Made by a program: the position numbers and the translations under genes | Origin: Octopus vulgaris | Lineage: Eukaryota | Assembly: GCA_951406725.2 (NCBI GenBank) | Contig: OX597816.1 | Coordinates: forward strand, 174,840,001-174,904,000 | DNA length: 64,000 bases | Reading direction: 5' to 3' | Notes under the pieces: model-generated | Seen by the model: the letters and a program-made list of their open reading frames with translations, nothing else | What the model was told of the DNA's origin: nothing | Databases searched by the model: none | Shown here: piece by piece, positions 1 through 14,285 of the stretch | Numbering within the stretch: position 1 is the first letter of the stretch | Layout of the letters: each line of letters opens with the position of its first letter

Positions 1-722
1 TAGCGTTGAAAGATATTTTACCCATGACCTCCCATCTTTCTTTTTCCAGATAGTGTATCTAAGACTACATTACCAAATATACTCTATATGTAATCTATAT
101 TTTTATATAGATGTGGTTTGAGAGAGATTTGACAGCTTTTCTAGTAGTTTGACCATGTAGATGGTTACTTTTCGCTCATGATATGTGTCCTAAAAATGTT
201 GAAAGTGCTCAGTGTGGGTATTGTTCATTTAGAAATAAACAAGTTCATTTTCTGTGAAGAAGTATAAGGGTAGAAAGAATATTAACTATTAGATGCAAAT
301 ATTTTACCTAAAGGTAAGCATTCCAAGGAAATGGTAGCTATTGTAAGTGAGGAACTGGAAGGGTACTCAGACTTATTGTCAATACGGAATCGAAAACTGT
401 TACAAAGTCACTGACAAATGTCGTGTATGAAATGCCATGGATTGTTGGCGGGAAATAATCTGCAGTAAAGCTTTACCAAAGAAAATTTATAGAAAATATA
501 CTTTGATTAAACATTACAATGTTGAGCCTAATTGATGGTACAGGATTGAAACTTACGGGTCGATTCTGTGTTGCAGAGATTTCAGTATGACAAAGGGTGG
601 AAGTTGTGGTGATAATTGTGGTCTTTTCTTGAGTCAGTAGTGATAGTTAATGGATGATAAAATTAGTAAGATATTAAATAAAATGTGCAATGTTGAGTTA
701 AATCTCTTTACATTCAGAGTTC

Positions 723-1967
723 AAACAGCCTCTATCTCTGATTCCCAAGACAGCTTCGTGCCGAAGAGATCATGCTTGACCAACTTACTGGTAATGGAAG
801 AATTGGTGATGCGTATCCTGGATGATGGTGATGCTGTTAACATCGTTTTATTGGACTTTGCCAAAGCTTTTGACTCAGTTAACCACCGCCTATTACTTGT
901 CAAGCTTCAAGCATATAGTTTCCATCCGGATATTGTACGATGGGTTGGTGCCTTCCTCTCAGATCGCTCCTTCCAAGTCCAAGTTAATGTTTCGCTGTCC
1001 GTCTCCAGTGCGAGCAGTGGCATGCCTCAAGGTTCAGTGCTTGGGCCCTTATTGTTTTTAGTCTTCATAAATGACTTGCCCGACATCCTCACGCAACACA
1101 CCCTTCTATTTGCCGATGATGTCAAACTGGTCGCTCCTCGTGGTGATATAGAGGATCTTCGTCGATGCCTCCACCAAGTTTGGAGATGGTCTAACGAATG
1201 GGACCTGTGTCTGAACGTGTCAAAGTGCTGTCATCTGCCTGTTGGCTCCTCTCCTGCAACTCAACTTGATTTTGAGCCGGGTCGTCTACTGCTGGATAGG
1301 ACCGATCAGGTAAAGGACCTGGGTATCTTGGTGGATTCTTCCTTTTCGCCTTCGGCCCAGTGCATCCATGCTGCCAACAAAGCACGCGGAGTTCTGTTTT
1401 TGATTCGACGGTCACTCGGAATGCTCACTGCAGCCATATTCCTACCGCCATATTGGAGTACGGGATTCAAGCCTCTTCTCCTTATCTCCTCAAGGACATA
1501 CATCATCTCGAAAGAGTCCAGAAGCTGGCTACCCGCATGGTTTTTGGTCTCAAGCATTTGTCTGATGAAGAAAGGCTGAAGACGCTCGACCTTTATTCTC
1601 TCGAAAAATGACAATGCCATGGTGATCTCATTCTCGCTCACAACATCATAAGCGGAAAGTGTAACCTCTCGAAAGAGCTGTTCTTCACTCCTGCTCCAGA
1701 GCGTCGGCTGCGAGGTCATTCCGAAAAGTTCTATCTGCGACGATTTCATCTCAATCGAAGGAGAGGGGCTTTCTCCGTCCGGGTTGCGGATCCGTGGAAT
1801 AAGCTGCCGGACGAGATAGTGAAGATGCCGACGACCGCTCTGTTCAAAGTCTCTCTTGACCAGAAATGGCCTGAACTCTTTGCAAGAACACCCTCCCTGT
1901 ACATAACTCCATGTCCCCCTACATGGCCTTGCTTTTTGCTTTTTGAGCCAAAAAATTAACTTAACTT
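723..1967 (+). mobile_element. 5'-truncated CR1-group LINE (RT domain to 3' tail), decayed
   Basis: DFAKAFDSV, PQGSVLGPLLF, FADDVKL; frameshift near 1450; (TTAAC)n tail; same family as 10618-12950. Confidence 0.9.
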
Positions 1968-3040
1968 ATCTTTGTGCTTCTTTTAAGATTAATAAAAATG
2001 TTACCAAGTTAAATACAGATATTATTTCAATCAGCTACACTTTTTCCTCAAAATTTGTGACACTGGTAAAAATTAGAAATTATTAGTTACAATTGTTAAT
2101 GTTGTTGTGTAATTGTCTTTTGGTATTTGTTCACTTTTTGTTCTGAGTTCAAATCAAGCAAAGATTAACTTTGCCTTACATTTTTCAGGGCTTCTCTCAA
2201 ATATATGATTTTCTACTTATGTTAGAAATTATTATTATTATTATTATTAGTGTTTTCTATCATGGAAAATGGATGTTAAATGATGATGATAATGGTGGTG
2301 GTGATTTCTACTATGAAATTGCAACATTATTATTAGATATCTATTGACAATAGTGATAATGTCAGAATATTTATTTCAAATTCTGCCAGGATTCACTTAA
2401 CTTTTCATTCCTACAATAAGTATCAGACATATTCAGGGATCAGTCAATCATCTGTATACCACCTTTTCAATTTATGGCTTTGTGCTATTGTAAAAATGAA
2501 TTAATAGGATTCACACCATTTCCAAATGAACTATATACTTTTTACTCACTATTTTCCCTTCACTCTCTCACAGAGACAATATAATTATGTTAATTTCTTC
2601 CTTTAAGCTAAATGAGTGAGAGAGAGAAATTGACTGGTCGGAACATTCTGCAGTGTATTATTTTGACTTCTGATCTGTATTCAGACCCCAATGGAAGTGA
2701 CTTTGTTGTCTTCACCATGGAATCAACAAATTGTCAGTTATTTTTTTATAATTGATCCAATTGGTTGTAATTTTCCTCTACATAAATTGGCCTTGTGTTT
2801 TTTATACTCAAAAGATACTGAATATCAGCAAAGTTTATAGAAGTCTAAAAATATATTACTTTTGAATTTTATCTGTTCTATTTATATATTAGCAATGTGA
2901 CAGTGTTGCTAATATATCTGTCCATTAAGTGAAGTGAATATTTGAACTTGTTTTTTTGGATGTTCAAGAGTAACTTGTGTATATTAGATGTTTGAGAGTA
3001 ACTTGTATATATTAGATGTATACTCTAACAAAAGTCATAT

Positions 3041-3273
3041 CTATTTCTTTACTACCCACAAGGGGCTAAACACAGAGAGGACAAACAAGGACAGACAAAC
3101 GGATTAAGTTGATTACATTGACCCCAGTGCGTAACTGGTACTTAATTTATCGACCCCGAAAGGATGAAAGGCAAAGTCGACCTCGGCTGAATTTGAACTC
3201 AGAACATAACGGCAGACGAAATACAGCTACGCATTTCGCCCGGCGTGCTAATGTTTCTGCCAGCTCGCCGCCT
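3041..3273 (-). mobile_element. tRNA-derived SINE (family with Tx1-like 3' tail)
   Basis: Near-identical to 40259-40477; A/B-box-like head; 18-bp TSD actc(t/a)aacaaaagtcata at 3022-3039 and 3277-3294. Confidence 0.85.
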
Positions 3274-3399
3274 ATGACTCAAACAAAAGTCATACCTTTT
3301 ATTAGATAACTCTGCTTCTGTGATTTCTGAGTACACTGTCATTTTTTATTTTTTTATGATAATGAGTAGCACTATCCCCAGGGAGATTGACATAGAGGC

Positions 3400-4000
3400 A
3401 CAATTGAGTGCTTAAGGAGATCAAACGCATAAGTATGGCAAGAGTAAAATCCATAGTATTAGAATCTTCAGCAACATTCTACATGGCAGGGGGCAACAAA
3501 TCAAGGCCAGGAACAGCTATGTCATATGGGGCATGGGAATGGAGTCATCTGGGTGTTGTGGATGACTTGGGAGTGTTCAGCAAACCTCCTAGGAACAACA
3601 AGACAGCCAGAAATCGTCAGGAAGAGTGGTTTGAGGTGGGATATCGTATTCCATTCTAATTCATCAAAGCAACTGATTTTGATTGAATTCACTGTGACAT
3701 CTGAAATTAGAAAAGAAGCAGATGTAGTTGAGCCTGAAAAATAAACCAGTCTGGCCAACAGCCTGAGGGGAAACTAACTTCTGGGTGAATTTTCTTGCCA
3801 TAGAGGTTGGAGCCAGAGGTTTTGTGGGCAAATTTGCTCATGATCTAATGAAACAATGCTCAGTCTCTGGGAAGAATAGGAGCAAAGCCCTAAAGACAAT
3901 AGAGACAGTGGAGAGATGTTCCAGCTGGATCTGGTTGAGGAAGAATTAAAATGGTCTCCATCCTGTTCGAAGGAAAGGTATAAAAGGCATCAGATGCAAT
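3400..4000 (+). mobile_element. Decayed non-LTR fragment with restriction-like endonuclease (HERO/R2-group-like)
   Basis: Translated remnants WDIVFHSNSSKQLILIEFTV and AIEVGARGFVGK resemble the PD..E..EVG.RGF RLE C-terminus; boundaries approximate. Confidence 0.6.
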
Positions 4001-4225
4001 GTGCAAAAGAGAAGCCTGCATTGATATGGAAATGTGATACATATGGAGGATGTACCTTGCACTCCAAATTAGTGGAATCTATTGGAAGAGACCAACGAAG
4101 ACTTAAGAGAAAGTAGTGATAACTGATCTGAAGATGCTCCTCTTACAAAGGAGGAGATGGCTGAAGGTTGTATTAAGTGGTGATGTGTGGTGTCACGGAA
4201 GACTTGACCACCCTCTCTTTCTTTC

Positions 4226-4608
4226 TCTCTTTTACTTGTTTCAGTCATTTGACTGTGGCCATGCTGGAGCACCGCCTTTAGTCGAGCAAATCGACCCCGG
4301 GACTTATTCTTTGTAAGCCCAGTACTTATTCTATCAGTCTCTTCTGTCGAACCGCTAAGTGACGGGGACGTAAACACACCAGCATCGGTTGTCAAGCAAT
4401 GCTAGGGGGACAAACACAGACACACAAACACACACACACACACACACACACACATCTATATATATACATATATACGACAGGCTTCTTTCAGTTTCCGTCT
4501 ACCAAATCCACTCACAAGGCATTGGTCGGCCCGGGGCTATAGCAGAAGACACTTGCCCAAGATGCCACGCAGTGGGACTGAACCCGGAACAGCCACTCTT
4601 GCGCCTAT
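4226..4608 (-). mobile_element. tRNA-derived SINE family A (internal (CA)/(TA) microsatellite)
   Basis: Shared sequence with 18031-18413, 40727-41144 and 50857-51273; small deletion in the head. Confidence 0.85.
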
Positions 4609-5911
4609 ATGTAAGATGTGCACTGAAATGATGGCAGCATTATAGGCTGGGATATCTATTTATGCATATATGTGTGGTTTTTGTGTTTATATGTGATTGT
4701 CTATATGTATTCATATATATGTATAAATAATGCATATATTTGTATCCTGCAGAGGCTGTACTTGCTCCCACTTTTTACACCCCTGATCTCCCATCTCTAA
4801 TCTATCTGATCACTCCCTCTTTCATCCATCTACCCATTCACTTAGTCATCTCATTTCTCTGTCACTCATACCCCTCCATTTCTTATCTCTCTACCACCCA
4901 TGAAACTTACAAATTACTTACAAAGTACTGGGCTGCCCTGAATACCCCTATCCCACATCACTCTGCCTTCCCTATCCTTCACCCAGCCAATATATGAGAG
5001 ACTGTATTGGGCCATCTGCATCACTCTACCTGAGCCCACCTTCCTCTCACTGCCCTCCATCACCATCTTTCATCTCTCCTGTCTGGTCTACCACCATAAT
5101 ACCCTTCTCTTTTATGTTTCCTTCCCCTCACGCCTTCTGTCCATATTTGCTCTCAAACTTTTTATTGCAGTATATTTAATTTGCCACTCAATGTTCTGTC
5201 TCTCTGCACTGGATAATGAATTATGGTGGTGGTGGTATAATTATGATTTTATTTCTATTGGACTGATGTAAAAAAACTTGTAGTGAACCAAATCAATCCT
5301 AGTAATTAATTATATATTTTTTATTGACCTCCAGAATGATAAAAAGCAAAGTCAGTCTCGGCAGGATTTGAACTCAGAGCAAAAAAGAGTAGAGCATATC
5401 TATTAATTTCTTACCACATATATGTATTCTTTATGTATAAAAACTGTAGTGGCATTAGTCTCAGTCATAACTACAGTAACAGCTGCATTTGTTTTTGCTA
5501 GATTACTATTGTCAAATAATTCCCTGGGGGTGAAATTGAAACAAAAATTACAGCAGATACTGCAATATAAAAAAAATGGAAGATGGAAATTATATCTGGA
5601 GATACAATGAATTGAACCAATATTGATCTGTTTTAAATGAATTCCTTCAGAAACTAAACAGTGGCACACACTAAAGATTAAAAAATTATGTTTATGTCCT
5701 GCATATTTGATATTTACTGTATTCATTAAGTATTTAAAAATATGTATTTCTTAAGACATTTTAAGCTTCATGATAAATTGTTTGTTATATAAGAGTGAAA
5801 GATATATAAAATATTTGTTGGAAAAAAAAAAGATAACCAATCTGCACTGACATAATAAGAGTAAAAGAAAAAGGTACATGCTCAGAATAATAGTTTATTT
5901 AATTCTTTTTC

Positions 5912-6604
5912 TTTGGACAAAACACATCGCTAAAATTGTCAAGAAGGCTGAGGGTGTCTTGGCATCACTCACCAAATCCTTTGTGAGCCGCTCTCCGGCT
6001 ATCTAGCTGCGGCTTTATATAGCTATGGTAAGACCTCACCTGGAATTTGCATCACCGGTCTGGAACCCCTATCTTGCCCAGGACATCAATCGTCTGGAAG
6101 CTGTTCAGCGATGTGCAACCAAAAGAATACCCTCCATCAGGCATTTGCCATATTCTGAATGCCTTACTTCCCTGGGCATGGACACTTTGAAACTCTGACG
6201 TCTGGCAGCTGACTTGGCAGACACCCATAAAATTATCAACCATCGTACAAACAATAACTCTGAGCACCTTTTCAAACTCCACCCATCTAACACCCGTGGA
6301 CATATTTACAAAGTCAGAAAACAGCACAGCTCCCATGACTTCAGGAAACATTTTTTCACGCTGAGAGTTGCTGAAGCATGGAACAAACTGCTGGCATCGG
6401 TTGTTAGTTGTCGGAGCACTGCATCCTTCAAAACTTCCATGCTTCCTGAGATTCACCAACACTACACTTGATTTTCTTCCCTCCATACACACACAAGCAT
6501 GTTCACTTTCCAGACATTTGTACATTACAGCATGTACTTTATATGCACTTTCTGACAAGTTGTGGTGCACCTGAGCACTGTATACAATAATTTCAATATT
6601 ATTA
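5912..6604 (+). mobile_element. 5'-truncated CR1-group LINE 3' end with (ATT)n tail and 17-bp TSD
   Basis: YIAMVRPHLEFASPVWNPYLAQDINRLEAVQR, NTRGH, FFTLRVAEAWNKL; TSD ttatttaattctttttc at 5895-5911 and 6605-6621. Confidence 0.88.
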
Positions 6605-6623
6605 TTATTTAATTCTTTTTCAG

Positions 6624-6773
6624 TACATTAATGGAGGAGCTCTATACCAAGTGTTGGCAAACAAAGAAATAGAACTACCATGGAAAACACGTATAGATTT
6701 GGCGCTGGACATTTCTAATGGCATGCGTTATTTTCACACGAGAGGGGTTTTCCACCGAGATTTAACATCAAAG
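6624..6773 (+). CDS. TESK: TESK-family dual-specificity protein kinase, first coding exon visible in window (kinase subdomains V-VIb)
   Basis: ttttcag|TAC...AAG|gtttgt; 150 nt; YINGGALYQVLANKEIELPWKTRIDLALDISNGMRYFHTRGVFHRDLTSK. HRDLTSKN is the TESK-type catalytic loop (LIMK has DLNSHN). Confidence 0.93.
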
Positions 6774-7924
6774 GTTTGTAATAATGACGATAATTTCTAT
6801 CTTGGCATAAGGCACCAAATTTTTGGAGATAAAACAGTTTATTGATCCCAGTACTTAACCTGTCCATATTTTGTCAACTGTTTTGTGAGTTATATGCATA
6901 ATACACTTTTGCATCCATTCATGATGTTACAGGAAAAAGATTATATTTTTTCGATAAATTTATATATAATGTAACATTTTGAGGTCAAACAAAAAAGTGA
7001 TGATATGTGTTAAAAAGTTCAGCACATAGTGGAAGGAACTATTCAAAGTATTCCATTTCCAAAGACAGTAACACCAATCATAAGAAATAAATAGATGTTT
7101 AGCCATTCATATCTTTCACAGGATCCATACCATCCATGTACAAGGAGCATGCACACATGTACACACACAGACACACACACACACACACACTCTCTCTCTC
7201 TCTCTCAAACACACACACACACACACATTTTCCCTCACATCCCCATAAATATAGACTCTGAAATCTAGGAGATAAACTGAGCATAGCAAAGGCATGTATA
7301 GAATACTCTTTAAAAAATCTCATACAGCATAGAAAAAGTGAACATAGAAATGGTGATGATTTTATATATTATATGCATGCACTGGATTAGAGCTAAACAT
7401 TGAAACATGTGTTTCAATGTTAAGCTCAAATCCAGTGCATGTATTTCAGTACCAGGCATTAATTCACCTAGCTGTTAGAAATATGTACCAGTTTTTCTAG
7501 GAAGGTCGATTGTAGTAGACTGGAATTGTATCAAAATTGAAGATCTATTTTTTTCTACTTACTGCCTTGAAATTCTTTGATGCGTAAGAGACATTATTTT
7601 AAGATGGCAATTGCAATGTGATATTCCCTTTTGAGATTGACAGTAAACATGTTAAAGTTATTTACTTTTAATTAGCAACAAAATTTTATTATTAAACATT
7701 TTACTATGCATTCAAAATGAAATTTTAATCAAAATTATTTAATAATACTAAAATTACTCACATTCACAGTGTTGTGTGTGTGTGTGTGTGCATGTGTGTG
7801 TGTGTACATATTTTTACTTCTCATTAGTGTTTGTTTCATGTAAATCTTGTGTTTAAAATTCCTTTTTTAAAGTATGCTCTGAAATAATGTATAAATTGAG
7901 AAACATTTTGCATTTATTTTCCAG

Positions 7925-8010
7925 AATATTCTTATTAAGATTGATGATGATGATGTCTACACTGCTATAGTTGCTGATTTTGGCTTGGCTGCCAAAATAC
8001 CTGATCCTTT
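7925..8010 (+). CDS. TESK: TESK-family kinase exon (DFG motif)
   Basis: ttccag|AAT...TT|gtatgt; NILIKIDDDDVYTAIVADFGLAAKIPDP; 86 nt, ends phase 2. Confidence 0.93.
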
Positions 8011-8209
8011 GTATGTAATGTTCTTCTCTTTGTCTTTTAATTGTTCAAGGGGGGATTTTCTTTTTTGACTTAGTCAGTTAGGACTATGACCTACCAACTA
8101 TTGGGTCAGTGCTTAATTTCTGATCATTACCTATGGTCCTGGTGTTGACTGAATCAGTCCACATGGTTGGAGATAATTATAATATAGTGGTACATCTTGT
8201 GACCATTAA

Positions 8210-8429
8210 CCCTTTTGTTACCAACCCGGCTGAAACTGGCCCTGGCTCTGAGTACAAATGTCTTGTTTTCATTAGTTTTGAATCAAAATCTTCCACCAAA
8301 CCTTAGTCACAATTTATGTTGCTAACACTAGCTTGATGATAACTAAGTTATTTTACTAAATTCTTTGCTAGATTTAAAGTAATTGAAAGAAACACAGAGC
8401 ACCTCAAAATAAATACGGTAACGTAAGGG
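8210..8429. mobile_element. piggyBac-type MITE
   Basis: TTAA on both sides; TIRs CCCTTTTGTTACC / GGTAACGTAAGGG (11/13 match); 220 bp. Confidence 0.85.
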
Positions 8430-8761
8430 TTAACAATGTATCGAGGACATGCTGTCAGGGTAGGCAAGGTAAGCAGTGCCTATCTTGACCAAAGCCATAA
8501 ATATTGATTATTACATATAAAAAGTAAATGATATGAATATCATTATAAAAATGCTTATTTATTCTGTGTATAATTCAGAGAATGGCCACTATTTTGATGT
8601 TAGGTAGACACAATTTCTGCTGCTTTTTCATGTTCATGCATTATAGTTGTCAAAAAGACAGAAATTATTTTGTCTTTAAGTGTTATGACTGATGATTGTG
8701 CATGTATCTGTTAACCTCAAATGATTGAGCTAATTCTAAATATATTTAATGTGACCACCAC

Positions 8762-9060
8762 CACGTGACCGACCAGACCATCAGATGTTGTTACACATCG
8801 CTGGTCACAATGCGTTCGCATTGTTTTAGCCTTCGAATGACGCCACCCCGCTGGCTAAGCGAGCAGGCCAACAGAAGAAAGAGTGGGAGAAAGAGTGGTG
8901 AAAGAGTACAGCAGGGATCACCACCCCCTGCCGGAGCGTCGTGGAGCTTTTTTAGGTGTTTTCGCTCAATAAACACTCACAACGCCCGGTCTGGGAATCG
9001 AAACCGCGATCCTGCGACCGCGAGTCCGCTGCCCTAACCACTGGGCCATTGCGCCTCCAC
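8762..9060 (-). mobile_element. tRNA-derived SINE family B
   Basis: Head GGAGGCGCAATGGCCCAGTGGTTAGGGC...GGTTTCGATTCCC; near-identical copies at 18806-19092 and 58942-59158. Confidence 0.85.
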
Positions 9061-10617
9061 TTGTAAATGTATAAAATAGTAAAAATGAAGGCATGTATGT
9101 AAATACAACTGTTTGAAAAATCCAACTTTGTGTATCGGCCATGTTATATATATAATAGTGGTTCTTCACTGTACTTATGTATTTATTAGTTTCTTTGCAT
9201 GTAATTCAAATCCTGGAGGGTGACATGTTCACTCAGCAATGTTAACTTGCTTTAAATTAGGTTGAAGATCTAATTTAATACAGGGCTTAATATATGCTTA
9301 TTTAAAGATTATTTTAGCTCAAAATTTGAGTTTATGCAAACAACTGATCAGGAACTATAGGTTATGATTTTGTATAAATAAATAATAAATATATAGCATC
9401 ATAGCACAAGTAATTTCATCTTTTTGTGAAATTGAGGCTCATGAGGGCATTTTTAGCAACTTGAGGCAAGGATTTAATTAACCAGTTTCATTGTTATTTA
9501 TATTATCAGGATCCATTTTCTTTTTCTTCTCCAGATGCTAAGCAAAAGTGGTAGAAGTCTTCTTTAGATATCTTCAGGCTAACTTGTAAACATTGTGATA
9601 ACCATATTGTGGTGATTGACAAACAAAATTTTTATCTATTAATTTTACAACATGTGAGGTATTTACAAGTTCTTTAAACGTGATTAAGCTTACTGTGAAT
9701 CTCTATAGCAAGACTATCAGATTACATTAAGACATTTTCAGGTAGTGTTGCAATAACCCAATGGCTAAAAAAACAAAAGCAATTATCTTCATAGGAAATT
9801 GTATAACAGAGAGTTCTTTCCTACTGCACCATGTAGCATTTTTCTATATCTACATGACTAGGTAATAAAAAAGTTCTTCAATCTTACTTAGGAGCTGATC
9901 TCTACTTTTCTGCATATTGCTTTCAGGTTGTATAGTTAGCAACATCTGTTCATTAATTGCTGAACAGAAAGATAGTTATTAGTACTACAAGAAACCTAGC
10001 TGATTACTCAAATCAAAAGTGATTTATTTTTTTGAGTAGTTTATTTTCTTTTTTTATACATTTCAGATCAGTTTGACTGTAATAGATAGTAATCTCACCT
10101 GTGGTACTCTTCTATACTTGGTCAGGAGTTTAAATTTTACTCTAGCCACTGCCTTGTGTCTCCTTAGGTACTTTTCTTACCTTGGTATAACTATCTGACG
10201 ACACTTTCATTTCACAGTTTCAAGTAGTTAGTGAAGGAAAGGGTACTTTTGTCACTTGCTTCCACAAATTAAATGTTTTATTTTTGTAACAGATTGAGTC
10301 TTATAGAGAGTCAATAAAATTTATTATAGTGTTTTGCAGATGTATTTTTATCACTTCAAGAATACTGAAGTTCTAGATCAACCTCAGCAATAATTGGACA
10401 TGAAGTATTAAATTAAACCCCTTAGAACATGAAATCTGACCTTTTACTTACTGCACTAACTCTGCCATGCTATAATTAATGCATACTGGTTTTTTGTAAG
10501 TCATTAAGGTTCTATATTTTAAGGGACATGAAAGTGGGAATTTTGACATTCATGGTTTTCCTATGGTTTCAACTTGAAATTCAAAGAGTCTTCTATCTTG
10601 CTCCATAACACACACTA

Positions 10618-12950
10618 CATGTTGAATATCCGACAAGGCATCGGTCTGGGCAGCAGCCATCTATGCTAGATCTGGTATTCTCCCGCTATCCAAGATCAGT
10701 GTCAGACGTATCTGTGTGCACCCCTCTTGCCAAGAGTGATCATGCGGTCCTGAAGTTCGTCATGCACACAACTTTTTCCACGCCCACGATTACTTTGCTG
10801 CCACGTAGAGTCTTCTCTGCAATTAATCTTGAAATTCTAACCGAGGCTTCCGCGCTTCTGGACTGGCGTTCCCTGATGACGTTGTCCTCAGTTGACGAAC
10901 TATGGTCATCCCTCAAAGCATATGTAATCTGTTTGACTGACCAGGCAGTTCCCGTTGGACTTCCCAAGAGGAAGAAACACAAGCCCTGGGTGACGAAGAA
11001 GGTTAAACGAGAACGTCGACTCAGAGATATTGCTTGGGCTGAATTCAAAAATCTGGATTCGACTGCAGCTTTTGAGGTGTACAAAACTCAACGAGACTGA
11101 GCCGTGAAAATTGAAAAGAAAGAACGCTTCAGTTATGAATACAAAATCGCGGCAAATGCCAGTAGCAATCCAAAAACCTTCTTTGCCCATGTCCAGCGGA
11201 ATTCCCGCTTGAACAACCAGATTGCAACGTTGGTAGACTCAACAGGCGTATCGATTGAGGACCCTTATCAACAGAGTCAATTATTTGCCGAGGCTTTTTC
11301 AACTATTTTCAAACAAGATGATGGTCGTGAACCCCCTCCATTTGATAGATCGGTACCTCCAATGCTTCGATTGATCATCACGCGGGACCAAGTCAAACGT
11401 GTTATTCAAGGCCTCGATGTCAACAAGGGTCACGGCCCTGACGGCATACACCCACGGGTTATCAAAGCGTTGGCTCCGGTCATCTGCGAGCCCTTAACAC
11501 GACTATTCAATATGTCATTGGCGACGGGTGTTATACCTGCAGACTGGAGAACAGCGATAATCTGCCCAATTTTCAAGAAAGGGAGCCGCGAAGACCCGCT
11601 TAACTACCGACCGGTTTCCCTTACATCAATAATCAGCAAGATGTTCGAAACCATCCTTAAGAAAAGTATGATGCTCCACCTCCTAAACACAGCCTCGATC
11701 ACTGATTCCCAACACGGCTTCGTGCCGAAGAGATCATGCTTGACCAACTTACTAGTAATGGAAGAATTGGTGACATGCATCCTCGATGATAGTGATGCTG
11801 TTGACATCGTTTTATTGGACTTTGCCAAAGCTTTTGACTCGGTAAACCACCGCCTACTACTTGTCAAGCTTCAAGCATATAGTTTCCATCCGGATATTGT
11901 ACGATGGGTCAGTGCCTTCCTCTCAGATCGCTCCTTCCAAGTTCAAGTTAATGGTTCGCGGTCCGACGTCTCCAGTGCGAGCAGTGGCGTGCCTCAAGGT
12001 TCAGTGCTTGGACCCTTGTTGTTCTTAGTCTTCATAAATGACTTGCCCGACGACCTCACGCAACACACCCTTCTATTTGCCGACAATATCAAACTGGTCG
12101 CTCCTCGCGGTAGTATAGAGGATCTTCGTCGATGCCTCCACCAAATTTGGAAGTGGTCTAACGATTGGGACCTGTGTCTGAACGTGTCAAAGTGCTGTCA
12201 TCTGCCTGTCGGCTCTACTCCTGCAACTCAACTTGATTTCGAGCCGGGTCGTCTGCTGCTGGAGAGGACCGATCAGGTAAAGGACCTGGGTATCTTGGTG
12301 GATTCCTCCTTTTCGCCTTCGGCCCAGTGCGTCCATGCTGCCAACAAAGCGCGCGGAATTCTGTTTTTGATTCGATGGTCATTCGGAATGCTCACAGCAG
12401 CCATATTCCTGCCACTCTATGTCACGCTGGTGAGACACATATTGGAGTATGGGATTCAAGCCTCTTCTCCTTATCTCCTCAAAGACATACAGCACCTCGA
12501 AAGAGTCCAGAGGCTGGCTACCCGCATGGTTCATGGTCTCAAAAATTTGTCCTACGAAGAAAGGCTGAGGACGCTGACCTTTATTCTCTTGAAAAACGCC
12601 GCCACCGTGGTGATCTCATTCTCGCCCACAACATCATAAGCGGGAAGTGTAACCTCTCGAAAGAGCTGTTCTTCACTCTTGCTCCGGAGTGTCGGCTGCG
12701 GGGTCATTCCGAAAAGCTCTACCTGCGACGATTTCATCTCAATCGAAGGAGAGGAGCTTTCTCCGTCCGGGTTGCGGATCCGTGGAACAAGCTGCCAGAC
12801 GAGATGGTGAAGATGCCGACAACCGCTTTGTTCAAAGCCTCCCTGGACCTCAAGTGGCCTGAACTCTTTACATGAACACCACCCTGTACTTAACTCCATG
12901 TCCCCCTACATGGCCTTGCTATTTGCTTTTGAGCCAAAATAACTAACTAA
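10618..12950 (+). mobile_element. 5'-truncated CR1-group LINE (end of APE endonuclease + RT), decayed
   Basis: LDLVF..SDH, GPDGIHP, NYRPVSLTS, QHGF, GVPQGSVLGP; FADN instead of FADD; stop at 11098-11100; frameshift near 12575; (AACT)n tail. Confidence 0.92.
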
Positions 12951-13151
12951 CATAATTGATGATTTCTTTCATCATTTTCACACAGCCAAAAATTTATAGG
13001 GGAAGTGCATTATTGATTCAATTGATCTCAGTATATGTAAGGCATTTCACAAAATTTTAAATAACTTAGTGGAAATCAACATAATTACATCTATTGCTGC
13101 ACCTTATCCACATTACTGAATTAAAGCAAACATGTTGTAAGACTGATTTAA

Positions 13152-13331
<180 letters not shown>

Positions 13332-14285
13332 TAAAGTTATACTATATTTTTTTATATTAAGGAATTACTAGATATGTAGCTGTTGGTAACCTCTATATTT
13401 TTGCTTGTGTCCATATTTGTACCACATTTAAGTGAGATAAGATATTTGAGCATTTATAATTTATCGCTTTTATTTTTGTATTTATGACACTTTGAAATAT
13501 GACTGTCATTCTTGTACTCTTATTTATACATTGTTTCAGTAGATAATGTGTCACTGTTTTCAAATGATACATTTTGTTACATGTAGGGTGTTTGAGCTAA
13601 ATTTGACAATTTTTTTTTGTCTCCTTTTTTTCAAGAACAGCTTCATGAATTAGTGAACAGTCAATAGCATTAGAGTGCATGTAGATTGTAGTTGAGGAAA
13701 AGTTAGCTTACTGGAAGCTACTTGAATATTGCTAAAGAGTTACCCTGTATCATGCTGGATATCAAATTCGCCAAATCTTGCTGTGCAAGCCATAATTTAA
13801 TTGATTAAAAATTAAAAATTTACAAAACTAAATTCAAACTTGACTTATGCCTATAAACATGCATATAAATTAATAATGTGTAGGAACGAAAATTATAATA
13901 TATAATAGTGATGATATAATAATGAAAAGACTATATAATACAGTGATAATAAAATAAACAATGACAAAGAAATATATATTCGAATAAAAACTATAGTTAA
14001 AAGTGGACATAAACAAATGTGAATGAATGACAAAATGCAAAAAGATATATAAATAAGATCTACGGGGTAAAAAAATTTTTACAAATTAAAAATTAGAGCG
14101 TAATAATGTAAAAATAACATAAAAAATATCATAAAACAAATGTAAAAATATCGTAAAAATATGTTTGTACAATCTACCGTTGTATAACATGGTCATACTA
14201 CGTGCTAAGTTCAGCTTAACGTCGCAAGGCTCCATGAAAATATCTACACTCCCTCCTAAGGAACGTTAAACGCACCTCATGAAAT

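Noticed and set aside
1-6623. Upstream kinase exons (Gly-rich loop, VAxK, LHALTE-like segment)
   Set aside because: No convincing exon found by eye; they probably lie before the window.
8985-9060. tRNA genes (also at 18031, 40259 and 51200)
   Set aside because: They are tRNA-like SINE heads continuous with repeat bodies; no complete cloverleaf is evident.
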